Below, piece after piece: positions 9,849 to 19,579 of a stretch of DNA of 64,000 nt. A model generated the notes under the pieces. It was given only the letters and a program-made list of their open reading frames with translations. It made no database searches and was not told where the DNA came from. Both the position numbers and the translations under genes were made by a program. The stretch's first letter is position 1, and each line of letters begins with the position of its first letter. The stretch is taken from NCBI GenBank assembly GCA_963826525.1, contig CAWGXH010000004.1:352001-416000 (forward strand). Direction: 5' to 3'. The stretch is from an uncultured Methanomicrobiaceae archaeon. GTDB taxonomy: Archaea > Halobacteriota > Methanomicrobia > Methanomicrobiales > Methanoculleaceae.

Positions 9849-10727
9849 TCACAGACGATCCCGGAAGCGCTTCACTTCAGTGAGTGACGCTTCCGGATTT
9901 CTTTTTACATACTCCGCTACTTCCGGAATATGCAGGAGCGGGCACCCTGTGCACGCCCAGACCTTGCCGCAGTTCGAACTCTTCACCCATTCGCCGAGTG
10001 TCTCGTCCGCACACGGATAGTACGGGCAGTAGCAGAAGTCGCACCGCTGTCCTTCGAAATGACAGGGATAATACGGGCACGCTTCGGGCATCCACTCCAC
10101 CCAGTGCTCTCCACCGTACCTGCTAAATATGAAGAATGAAGGGCGACTCCGGTGCACTTGACCCTCCTGGCGTTTCAGCGCCTCCTGAACGCCGAAGAGC
10201 ACCGCAGCATAGACACGCCTGCCGACCTCGGTCAGCGTCCCGGCAAACTCATGCAGATGGCCGCCACCCTCGCACGCAACCACCACGGCATCGGTCGTCG
10301 TACCGGTGAAAGTATACCCCATGCACCGGAGCGCCTGTGCTTTCGCCTCCGTCACCGTGATGATTGTCTCGAGGAGCGCCGCATCGACCATACCCTCCCG
10401 GGAGGAGACGATGACGTTGATCGTATGGGGCGGATCGGGATTCGGGTTGGTCACCCCGGCGGTGACGAAGACCGTGATGAAGTCATACTGAAGGATACAG
10501 AGGTTTCGCATCTCCACTGCCGTCAGCAGCCCGAAGTATTCGTTTGAAAAACCCTGTTCGGTAGCGATCCCATCCATGTACCGGGAAACTTCTGCATGGT
10601 CGAAGTTCTTCGGAACGGTGTGGTTGAAGATTGTCGTGACCTGGCCAAGGCCGCCGCCGATGCCGGTGCTCGCGGCGCGGAAAGCACCCCGAAGAAAAAG
10701 AGTGGTATCCCGAAGAAAGTATCTCAT
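9849..10727 (-). CDS. cbiZ: Adenosylcobinamide amidohydrolase CbiZ fused to a C-terminal cysteine-rich (zf-like) domain
   Basis: FGLLTAV, VTAGVTN, HTINVIV, TEAKA, TGTTTDAV; C-terminal CPYYPCHFEGQRCDFCYCPYYPC..WACTGC..H. True start is MRYFLRD at 10727. Confidence 0.85.
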   Translation of the reverse strand: MRYFLRDTTLFLRGAFRAASTGIGGGLGQVTTIFNHTVPKNFDHAEVSRYMDGIATEQGFSNEYFGLLTAVEMRNLCILQYDFITVFVTAGVTNPNPDPPHTINVIVSSREGMVDAALLETIITVTEAKAQALRCMGYTFTGTTTDAVVVACEGGGHLHEFAGTLTEVGRRVYAAVLFGVQEALKRQEGQVHRSRPSFFIFSRYGGEHWVEWMPEACPYYPCHFEGQRCDFCYCPYYPCADETLGEWVKSSNCGKVWACTGCPLLHIPEVAEYVKRNPEASLTEVKRFRDRL

Positions 10728-11087
10728 ACGGCGGAGTAGTGGACTCGATCCTTCAGTTCCTGCTGTTTCCCCGCATTCCAGCCGGCAACGTCCTGCATGT
10801 AGCCGGTCACTCTGCTGATCTGCACCACATCGTGACTGCCGCACTCCGGACAGACGGCACAGCCACAGAGCGGACAGGTACTCAATCCGCTCGACGATGG
10901 TGTGGTGGCAGGAGCAGTGATCGAGTGGGCACATGATCTCAAGGTGCACCTCGCCGCAGTGGGGGCACGGGGTTTCGTCCACAACAAAGTGACAGGTGTG
11001 GCACTTGTATCTCCGCTCCTCAACGGGGATATCCTCGAGCCTCTGATACTTTTCTGCAATTGTTCGCTGCTGTGGGCTCCAGTTCAT
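10724..11087 (-). CDS. Small Cys/His-rich protein ending in an NrdD-type Zn-ribbon/glycyl-radical motif; apparent +1 frameshift near 10877
   Basis: Joined: CHTCH..CPHCG..CPLDHCSCHH..EYCPLCGCAVCPECGSHDVVQISRVTGYMQDVAGWNAGKQQELKDR, about 120 aa. Confidence 0.8.
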
Positions 11088-11222
11088 ACTATCACCTTAT
11101 ACAGGACTGTATTTAAAATCTTCAGAAGCAGGCCGTCTGTATCCGCCTCAGGCAACTCATAGGGTTCATCATTCCCGTCAGTGCCAATGTACCGGCGGGA
11201 TCAGAACGGAATACAATACTCA

Positions 11223-11861
11223 TCATTGGCGGATGCGGGCGGCGTAACTTGCAGCCTCGGCTGCCGGGTCGGGTGCCTCATAGATGCTTCGTCCCACGAT
11301 CACGCCGTCGACCAGCCGTGCCACCAGAGCGGGGTCGCCCCCCTGCACACCGACACCCGGGGAGTAGATCGTCCGGGATCCGATGATCTCACGGAGAGTC
11401 GCGATCCGTTCCGGCCGGGTTGCCGGTGCGATGATACCGTCCGCCCGGGATGCGACCGCGAGCTCGGCAAGCCGTTCGGCGATGCCCCCGTGGAAGAACT
11501 CAGTCGCCCCCGGATGGCTCATCTCCGCAACGATATAACACGCCCCGCCGACATCGTGCGCTGCTGCAACGCACGCCCGTGCGGCATCAGAGCCGGTGAA
11601 ACCATGGGCGATGATCGCATCGAATCCTGCCGCGAAGACCTGTTCGCAGATCAGGCGATTGGTATTCGGGATATCGGCCACCTTGAAGTCCGCGATCAGC
11701 GGGAGGCCGAGGCCGCCGAGGTCGCGGGCGATCCCGAGACCTGCGGAGAGAACCAGCGGATACCCGATCTTTACCGCATCAACGTGAGGAGTACAGACCT
11801 CCGCTATGGCAATCGCCCGCTTCCGGTCGAGGACGTCGAGGGCGAGGATAAGTTCCGTCAT
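11223..11861 (-). CDS. pyrF: Orotidine-5'-phosphate decarboxylase
   Basis: ILALD, VKIGYPL, DFKVADIPNT, EMSHPG, SPGVGVQGG, IVGRSIY. Confidence 0.96.
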   Translation of the reverse strand: MTELILALDVLDRKRAIAIAEVCTPHVDAVKIGYPLVLSAGLGIARDLGGLGLPLIADFKVADIPNTNRLICEQVFAAGFDAIIAHGFTGSDAARACVAAAHDVGGACYIVAEMSHPGATEFFHGGIAERLAELAVASRADGIIAPATRPERIATLREIIGSRTIYSPGVGVQGGDPALVARLVDGVIVGRSIYEAPDPAAEAASYAARIRQ

Positions 11862-12794
11862 CGTTCCAGCCTCTCGAGTACCGCCGCGACGAGCAAGGGC
11901 AGGTTGATGGTAGCATCTCCGTATACGGTCACGGCTTTCGCCTCTTCCGTAATCTTCCCCCAGGATCGGGCTTCGTCAAGCGTCGCCCCGGAGAGACCCC
12001 CGAGGTCCGGCCGGTCGCCCGTTAACTGGACGGCATAGTCAAAACCCTTCTCAGTCATGAGCATGCTCTGGAGGATGTAATTCTTCGGGACACCCCCGCC
12101 GACAAGCAGCGCACCCGCACGCTCCGCCGTAAAGCAACGGTCGAGCAGGGCGGGCATATCGGCGAAGGCATCCACGACCACGCGGTGCGTCTGGGAGAAG
12201 AGCCAGGTCCTGGAGCCCTATCATCGAGTCCTGAATGGCGGGACAGTACACCGGAATCTCTTTTTCAGCCGCCGCCGCAAGGATGCCGCTCTCCAGACGT
12301 CCGCCGATTGCCCGGAGCAGATCGCTGATCGAGATGGTGGAGCCCTCTGCGAGCTCTCCGTAGACATCCTGCATAAATTCTTCAAAACGGATGAATGCTT
12401 CATTTGGGAGGAAGACATCGTAGATCCGGTTGATCTCCTCTTCGCGGAGCTCGATGTCGGAACAGACGGCGGTACCGTGGTAGTGACGGCACCCTATCCC
12501 CTCGATGATGTCGTGCGTGAGGTTGGCACCGGTAGAGACGAGGACGTCGATATGTCCCCGGCGGATCAGATCCGAGACGATGCCCCCCATTCCTGCGGGC
12601 ACCATAGCACCGGCAAGCCCGAAGAACCGCGTTGCCCCCTCGTCACGAAGCATCCGTTCATAGATGCCAGCTGCCTTCCAGAGTGACCCGGCATTATAGG
12701 CACCCGCCCGGCCGAGCTCATCCAGAAGTTCCCCGACCGTCATCCCGGGGCGAATCTCTGCCTGCTCTACCGCATCCCCGCAGTGTATAGTCAT
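11858..12794 (-). CDS. dys: Deoxyhypusine synthase; apparent frameshift near 12207
   Basis: LAGAMVPAG, STGANLTHD, INRIYDVF, CPAIQDSMIG; then GGGVPKN, GGLSGATLDEARSWGK, GDATI in the next frame. Confidence 0.92.
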
Positions 12795-13005
12795 GATGAA
12801 TTACACCAGTTAATTATAGCGTTGGCGCTCATACACAATTAAACGATAACACCGCCTCCGGGAAGCCGACGGATGGTGAATGCCGGTGCAACGATTTCTG
12901 TTCGGTGACGTCAGGAGAGATTCGACGGATCCAGAATATCTCTGAACGCCTCTCCTCGATAACCAGGTCGTTATCCGCGGTCAGATTCCTGCTTGGTAGC
13001 GTCGG

Positions 13006-13043
13006 AAAATAAAAAAGGGTGTCAACAGGGGATGTTGGCACCC
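13006..13043 (-). terminator. Hairpin plus T-tract, putative terminator of a minus-strand transcript
   Basis: GGGTGTCAACA-GGGGA-TGTTGGCACCC (13017-13043; 11-bp stem, one imperfect pair) next to AAAATAAAAAA, which reads as a T-run on the minus strand. Confidence 0.5.
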
Positions 13044-13423
13044 GGCACGGGGCGATCCCGTCTACACCGCACCGGGAATATCGAGGTTAGAACAACCATC
13101 TCTTTTTGCAGCGGGTGCAGAGGAGGTCACCGGAAGAGCTTCCGGAGGGCATTCCTGGCCTCATCAGCACCCGCTTGGGCAGCATGCCCCGGAGATCGTT
13201 GATCATCGGTTCCGATCCGTCACATGCCGGGCGATAGAGCGCTCCGACCGTTCCGTCACGTACATCCGTTCCGGGATCACCATACCTAATTAGCCAATTC
13301 AGCTTAAAATAAGAATAAGTTAAATAAGTCAGTCTTTTTCCTTTGACATCTTCAGGCAAGTCCTCCCGGGATAAAGACCAGAGGACGGAAGTGCACGGGG
13401 CACCAGGAGACGGAAAAGATCGA

Positions 13424-14691
13424 TCATAGCCCGGAATTATCGGTAGCCCGCCGGAATACGGAGAATTCGGATGCATCAGGAACCCCCCGGACCAAGGGTT
13501 TTGCGAGGTGCCGCCGTGCCGTCGGGGGCACTTCGTACCACCCCGGCTGCACCCCACGAGGCCTCGAAACCTTCTCGGGCTCATCCGTCCGTGCACCGCA
13601 GGCTCTGCACTTGTATCCTTTTTCCTTCCCCGCGCTGGTCATCCGCTTCCCACAGATCGCGCAGAGAGGCGGTCGGAAGGCGGCCGGATCGGCAAGGGTG
13701 CAGACACAGATCTTCTCAAGGTTGATGCTGCCGCCCTTGAAGCTCCCGACAGCGATCACCTCGTCCCCAGGAAGAGCTGCCTGACAACACCCCGGAACTG
13801 TTTGGTAGGTTCATAGGCCATGCAGCGGACGGCATCTCCCCGATCTTCGAGCGGAACCGATACGTGGCCGCCGATGCCGGTCACCGGTTCGGTGGCGACC
13901 CGCCCCCGGGCGAGGTACGAATGCCCCTCGAGCAGAGCGCCGATCGAGCCTGCGAGCAGGTGAGCGTCCGTACCCTGGTTGGTGACGTAGATCTCTTCGT
14001 AGATCGGCTCTTCGGAGACGACAGACTCCCGCGCCCGCAAAACCCAGGCAGGGCTCTCGCCGCGGATCCCGAAGAGTACCGGGTCGGGCGTATGCGGAAC
14101 ACAGACAACCACCCCGTTCTCGCGGTCGACCGAATCCCAGGTATGCGGATACGTCGCCGTTTCCGCACGAAAGAGACTGTCCTTCTCCACCTGCCGCGGG
14201 GTGCCCCACCGGTCCTGCTTTCGGTACGCCAGCAGTTCATAGGTACGGTCGGGCAGGTGGCTGCAGATTGCCGCAGTCGCACCGATCAACCCGCGCCGGT
14301 TCTTGTAGCCACGGTAACGTGCACCGATATCCTCAAGCACCCCGCACGCATCGTCGATCGTACAGAAACTCCGGAGCGCGGCATAGTAGAAATCGGGGGG
14401 CGGGACGGTCTCCGCGACCACCACCCCCGGATTCGTCTGCTCCGCAGGGAACTCCGCAAGCTCCTCGACACACCGGCAGGCGACGGAAAAGCCAAGGTCG
14501 GCATCTCCTTCCGCCTCAAGGCAGATCGCTGCATTCCCCCGGGTTTTGTAGATCACATTCGGGTTTAAGCGGATCAACCGCGCTTCCCGGACACGGATAC
14601 CGACCATTTCGAGCCGGCGGATAAGCTCGGCTCCCAGGTACGTCGTGCACATTCCTGCCGGCGAATCCGTGTCGTCGATCCCGATCCGCAT
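13424..14691 (-). CDS. tiaS: tRNA(Ile2) agmatinylcytidine synthetase; apparent frameshift near 13773
   Basis: IGIDDTDSPAGMCTTY, RLNPNVIYKTRGN, PDPVLFGIRG, TNQGTDAH, AYEPTK; C-terminal CAICGKRMTSAG..GYKCRAC and PPTARRHLAKP. Confidence 0.94.
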
Positions 14692-14739
14692 AACCCTCTA
14701 TTTTATATTGTTCCCACACTATATCGATTCTTACGGGAA

Positions 14740-15651
14740 ATGTCACAGGATCGTCTACCCCAGATGGTCGTCAGTATCATGCTTCTCGCCGGATACGATG
14801 TATCGGAGCGGTGCAATATCCGCCCCCGGAGTTTTGATATCATCGGAAAGCGCGGCGATATGCTCCTCATCATCAAGGTAGTCTCCCATATCGACAGTGT
14901 GAGTGCCGATATCGCCTTCGATCTAAATCAGGTCGCACGCTACATCGGGGCAACGCCCCTCATCGTCGGTGAGCGAGCCCGGGATGCTGAGCTCGAGCGT
15001 GGCGTCGTCTACCTCCGGTACGGCCTCTTCGCTATCAGCCCCGAGACGCTGTACGATTATTTTACCGAAGGTATCTCCCCGATGGTCTATGCATCGCCAG
15101 GGGGGCTCTACGTCCGGATCAAGGGCGACCTGATCCGCGAGATGCGGGAGCGCTCACAGATGTCGCTCGGGGATCTTGCATCGAAACTCGGCGTCTCACG
15201 GCGGACGATCAGCAAGTATGAGAGCGGCATGGGTACGACACTTGATATCGCCATCAAACTCGAAGAACTTTTCAACGCATCCCTCGTTGAGTCGATCGAT
15301 ATCGTCGATTACCACACGCCGTCCGAGGATACGCCTGACCAAACCAGAGCCGGGGCTCTCACCGACCTCGAGCGGATGGGCATGGAGATCCACGCCATGC
15401 GGCAGGCACCGTTCCAGGCGCTCGTGCTCTTTGAAGAGCACACGATCCTGACCGCCTACGGGTCGGCGCAGAAGGTCATCAAGCGCGCCTCGCTTATCGG
15501 CAACATCTCACAGATTACCAGAACCCATGCCATCTGTGTCGTAACAGACTATAAAAAACAGAAAAAGATCGGGAAAACGCTTCTTATCGGAGAAGAGCAT
15601 CTTCACTCCCTCGAAGAGGGCTCGGAACTCATCGATATGATTCAAGACTAG
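14740..15651 (+). CDS. Archaeal HTH transcriptional regulator (COG1395-like)
   Basis: RPRSFDI, VYASPGGLYV, SLGDLASKLGVSRRTISKYE, APFQAL. Confidence 0.88.
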   Translation: MSQDRLPQMVVSIMLLAGYDVSERCNIRPRSFDIIGKRGDMLLIIKVVSHIDSVSADIAFDLNQVARYIGATPLIVGERARDAELERGVVYLRYGLFAISPETLYDYFTEGISPMVYASPGGLYVRIKGDLIREMRERSQMSLGDLASKLGVSRRTISKYESGMGTTLDIAIKLEELFNASLVESIDIVDYHTPSEDTPDQTRAGALTDLERMGMEIHAMRQAPFQALVLFEEHTILTAYGSAQKVIKRASLIGNISQITRTHAICVVTDYKKQKKIGKTLLIGEEHLHSLEEGSELIDMIQD

Positions 15652-15656
15652 GAATG

Positions 15657-15703
15657 TTTATATAGAACCACAAACCTACATTTCTATCGCTTAACAACGG
15701 TGA
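15657..15703 (+). promoter_or_regulatory. TATA box and SD-like site of the thermosome gene
   Basis: TTTATATA at 15657-15664; GGTGA at 15699-15703 just upstream of ATG 15709. Confidence 0.6.
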
Positions 15704-15708
15704 TAGCA

Positions 15709-17374
15709 ATGTCGAACTTAGGAGGACAACCGATTTTTATTCTGAAAGAGGGTAGCCAGCGTACCCGCGGTCGTGACGCACAGGGAGCAAACATTGCAGC
15801 AGCAAAGGCCGTTGCAAATGCAGTCCGGACAACACTCGGTCCGAAGGGCATGGACAAGATGCTCGTCGACACCATCGGTGATGTCGTCATCACCAACGAC
15901 GGTGTAACCATCCTCAAGGAGATGGATATCGAGCACCCCGCAGCAAAGATGATGGTCGAGATCGCAAAGACCCAGGACGATGAGGTCGGCGACGGTACCA
16001 CCACCGCAGTTGTCGTTGCAGGCGAACTCCTGAAACGTGCCGAGGACCTCCTCGAGCAGGACGTGCACCCCACCGTCATCGCCCACGGTTACCGCATGGC
16101 AGCAGAGAAGGCACAGGAAATTCTCAAGAGTATTGCAATCGATGTCAAGCCTACCGAGATCGATATGCTCCGGAAGATCGCCGACACCGCCATGACCGGC
16201 AAGGGTGCAGAGGCATCAAAGGAGAAACTCACCGACCTCGTCGTCAAGGCGATCACCATGGTCGCCGATGCAGACGGCACTGTCGACACCGACTTTGTCA
16301 AGGTCGAGAAGAAGGTCGGCGGCTCCACCGACGCTTCCGAGATCATCGAAGGCATGATCATCGACAAAGAGCGTGTCCACCCCGCCATGCCCCGCAAGGT
16401 CGAGAGCGCTCGGATTCTGCTCCTCAATGCAGCAGTCGAGTTCAAGAAGACCGAGGTCGACGCGGAGATCAGCATCACAAGCCCCGACCAGCTCCAGATG
16501 TTCCTCGATGAAGAAGAGCGGATGATTCGCGGGATCGTCGACAAGATCGTCGCGAGCAATGCGAACGTCCTCTTCTGCCAGAAGGGTATCGACGACATCG
16601 CCCAGCACTACCTCGCAAAGGCAGGCATCTTCGCGGTCCGCCGTGTCAAGAAGAGCGACATGGAGAAACTCGCCCGTGCAACCGGCGCATCCCTTGTCAG
16701 CAGCATCGACGCCATCGCCCCCGAGGAACTCGGAAAGGCAGGCGTTGTCGAGGAGAAGAAGGTCTCCGGCGAAGAGATGATCTTCGTCACCGAGTGCGAC
16801 AACCCGAAGGCAGTCTCGATCATCATCCGCGGCGGTACCGAACACGTCGTCGACGAACTCGACCGTGCCATCGAAGATGCACTCCGTGTGGTCAGCGTTG
16901 CCGTTGAGGATAAGAAGTTCGTCGCCGGTGGCGGCGCACCCGAGATTGAGCTCTCGCTCCGGCTCAGGGAGTATGCAGCCAGCGTCGGTGGCCGGGCTCA
17001 GCTCGCCATCGAGGCATTCGCAACCGCCCTTGAGATCATCCCGCGTACGCTCGCAGAGAACGCCGGTCTCGACCCGATCGACATGCTCGTCGCACTCCGT
17101 GCAGCCCACGAGAAGGGCGGCAAGAACGCCACGTTCATGGGTCTCAACGTCTTCCAGGGCAAGCCCGACGACATGCTCGACGGCGGGCGTCGTTGAACCC
17201 CTCCGGGTCAAGACCCAGGCTGTCGCCAGCGCTGCCGAAGCAGCCATCATGATTCTCCGGATCGACGACGTCATCGCTGCCTCCAAGATGGGCGGCGGCG
17301 GCGGACCAAGCCCCGAAGAGATGGCCGCAATGGGCGGCATGGGTGGCATGGGCGGCATGCCCGGAATGATGTAA
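15709..17374 (+). CDS. thsA: Thermosome (group II chaperonin) subunit; apparent +1 frameshift near 17183
   Basis: [28 protein letters not shown]; [17 protein letters not shown] and a GGM tail in the next frame. Confidence 0.96.
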
Positions 17375-17404
17375 GCACCGTAGAGAACAGATACAACACC
17401 TATC

Positions 17405-17440
17405 GGGAGCCGTCCAGAAGGCTCCCCAATCCTGTTTTTC
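17405..17440 (+). terminator. Hairpin followed by T-run after the thermosome gene
   Basis: GGGAGCC-GTCCAGAA-GGCTCCC followed shortly by TGTTTTT. Confidence 0.5.
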
Positions 17441-17656
17441 AACCATTCCTGCGAGAGAGACCGCACTTATGCAACATATTTCGCTCAAATAGTCTCAGAG
17501 CATCCTTCGGAGTGCGATCAAGCAGATATAAAACCCCTGAATTCAAATCTCGGCGAGTAAACCGCACGCTCTAAATAGGTAGAGATAAATCTAACACTAC
17601 GGGACACTATGGTTCCTCTGGGGGGGAGGACGTATTCCGGGAGAAATGGCGGCGAG

Positions 17657-19579
17657 ATGGAGATGAAGGAAAACAAGACCCATGCAGCACGGCCACTCTC
17701 CTTCATCCATTACCTGATCATCGCCATTCTGCTGATACTGATCCCGGTAGTCGCGCTCATCTCCTACATCGACTATACCGAGGTCGGGCAGGAGCAGGCG
17801 GCGAACGACAGGATGCTCCAGAACCAGACCGAGCAGAGCATTATCCTCTCCATCACGCTCGTCGATACCGGCCTGAAGATCTTCGACGACAGCCTCACAA
17901 GGGAGATGCAGGAGGGATTTTCACCGTTCCTCGCTGAATACAAGCGGGCCGGGGGCGATCCGGCGGGGATGGATCTTGCAGCCGTCAAAGCAGAGCTCGG
18001 CGGGGTTATGGATCTCTATATCATCAACGAGACAGGTATTATCGAGTACACCACATTCGAACCCGATCTCGGCTTTGACTTTACAACAATCCCCTACTTT
18101 TACGAGTACATCACCGCCCTCCGGCAGAACGGCAGCTTCGCGGCGGACAGGATCGTCAACGAGATGTCGACCGGAGAACTGCGGAAATACGCTTACATGC
18201 CGACACCCGACCGCCGCTACCTCCTCGAACTCGGTCTTGCCGAGTCGGAGTTCCAGAAGTACCGGTCGATGCTGAAGTACAAGGATACCGCCGCACGGGT
18301 GATCGAGCTCAACCCGAATATCGACAGCCTTCGGATATTCAACTGGCGCGGAAAGCAGGTCACCAAACAGACGGTGCCCGACGAGGACGCCCGGCAAGCG
18401 ATGGTCATGCAGGCATACGAGCAGAAGCAGGACCTCGAGCTCGTCAACGAAACGACGGGAGATGCGATCCGGTTTATCTTCATCGACCTGGCCAGTCCTG
18501 ATTACGCCTCTGACATGAGCCTGATCGTCGAACTTGCCTACAACACGAGGCTCGCCGCAGAGCATCTCGATCATCTGCTGTTCACGCACGGCCTCATCGC
18601 CTTCATCGCGATCCTCCTTGCCGTCGAGCTGACGGTCATCGCGGCCCACCGGGTCACCCGGCCAATCCGCGATATTGCCGATGACGTCGACGTGATCGCC
18701 CGGGGGGATCTCGACCATACGATCCGGGCGTCGGGAGGTGCGGAGTTCGTCAGACTTGAGCGGAGCATCACCACGATGGTTGCCGCCCTAAAGGCGCATA
18801 TCGAGCGGCTCGGGGCCTCGGAGGAGCGAGAGCGCGAGTACAGCGAGCACCTCGAAGAGCAGGTCAGGACGCGAACGGCAGACCTGCAGACGAGCAACGA
18901 GAAGGTCAACCTGTACCTCGACATCATGACCCACGACATCAGCAACGCCAATAATGTCGCAAGCCTCTACGCAGACCTCCTCCTCTCCGAGGTCGCCGGG
19001 GAGCCCGAAGAAGTGTACGTGCAGAACGTCAGGAAAGGGCTGCAGAAGAGCGTCCAGATCATAAGGAACGTCAGCACCATACGGAGAATCCAGGAGAAAC
19101 GCCGCCCGCTTATCAGTGTAAGCCTTGATTCTATCATCCGAAACGAGATTGGCCACTATCCCTGTGCCACAATCAATTACACGGGAACGGACGCGTACGT
19201 CCTCGCCGACGATCTCCTTGCAGTTGTATTCACCAATCTCCTCGGAAACGCCGTAAAATTCGGCGGGTCTGGCGTTACGATCGCGATACGGGTCCAGGAT
19301 GGGGAGGAGACCGTCCTCGTCTCGGTCGAGGATACCGGCCCCGGGATCCCGGAAGACCTGAAAGAGACGATCTTCAACCGGTTCAGACGGGGGAACAGCA
19401 GAGCGAGTGGCAGTGGCCTCGGCCTTTACATCTGCCGGATGCTCATCGAGCGCTACGGCGGCAGGATATGGGCCGAAGAACGGGTGCCGGGCAGACCGGG
19501 AGAGGGGGCTCTGTTCCGGTTCACCCTCATACGGGGAGAATCCCAATCGGAAGGCGACGGGCAGGTGATCGGAGAATGA
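17657..19579 (+). CDS. Membrane sensor histidine kinase 1 (TM, extracellular sensor, TM, HAMP, HisKA, HATPase)
   Basis: Two TM segments; HAMP RPIRDIADD..GDLDH; H-box LDIMTHDISN; NLLGNAVKF, DTGPGI, GSGLGL. Confidence 0.92.
   Translation: MEMKENKTHAARPLSFIHYLIIAILLILIPVVALISYIDYTEVGQEQAANDRMLQNQTEQSIILSITLVDTGLKIFDDSLTREMQEGFSPFLAEYKRAGGDPAGMDLAAVKAELGGVMDLYIINETGIIEYTTFEPDLGFDFTTIPYFYEYITALRQNGSFAADRIVNEMSTGELRKYAYMPTPDRRYLLELGLAESEFQKYRSMLKYKDTAARVIELNPNIDSLRIFNWRGKQVTKQTVPDEDARQAMVMQAYEQKQDLELVNETTGDAIRFIFIDLASPDYASDMSLIVELAYNTRLAAEHLDHLLFTHGLIAFIAILLAVELTVIAAHRVTRPIRDIADDVDVIARGDLDHTIRASGGAEFVRLERSITTMVAALKAHIERLGASEEREREYSEHLEEQVRTRTADLQTSNEKVNLYLDIMTHDISNANNVASLYADLLLSEVAGEPEEVYVQNVRKGLQKSVQIIRNVSTIRRIQEKRRPLISVSLDSIIRNEIGHYPCATINYTGTDAYVLADDLLAVVFTNLLGNAVKFGGSGVTIAIRVQDGEETVLVSVEDTGPGIPEDLKETIFNRFRRGNSRASGSGLGLYICRMLIERYGGRIWAEERVPGRPGEGALFRFTLIRGESQSEGDGQVIGE

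Noticed and set aside
9849-11087. 412-aa Zn-finger/CbiZ fusion in the ORF track
   Set aside because: Artefact of the indel near 10877; two genes overlap at 10724-10727.
3490-17374. Programmed frameshifting or mass pseudogenisation of HMG-CoA synthase, dys, tiaS and thermosome
   Set aside because: No shared slippery site, essential functions, and no other decay; sequencing error is simpler.
17286-17374. GGCGGCATG-type tandem repeat
   Set aside because: Encodes the ordinary Gly-Gly-Met chaperonin tail.
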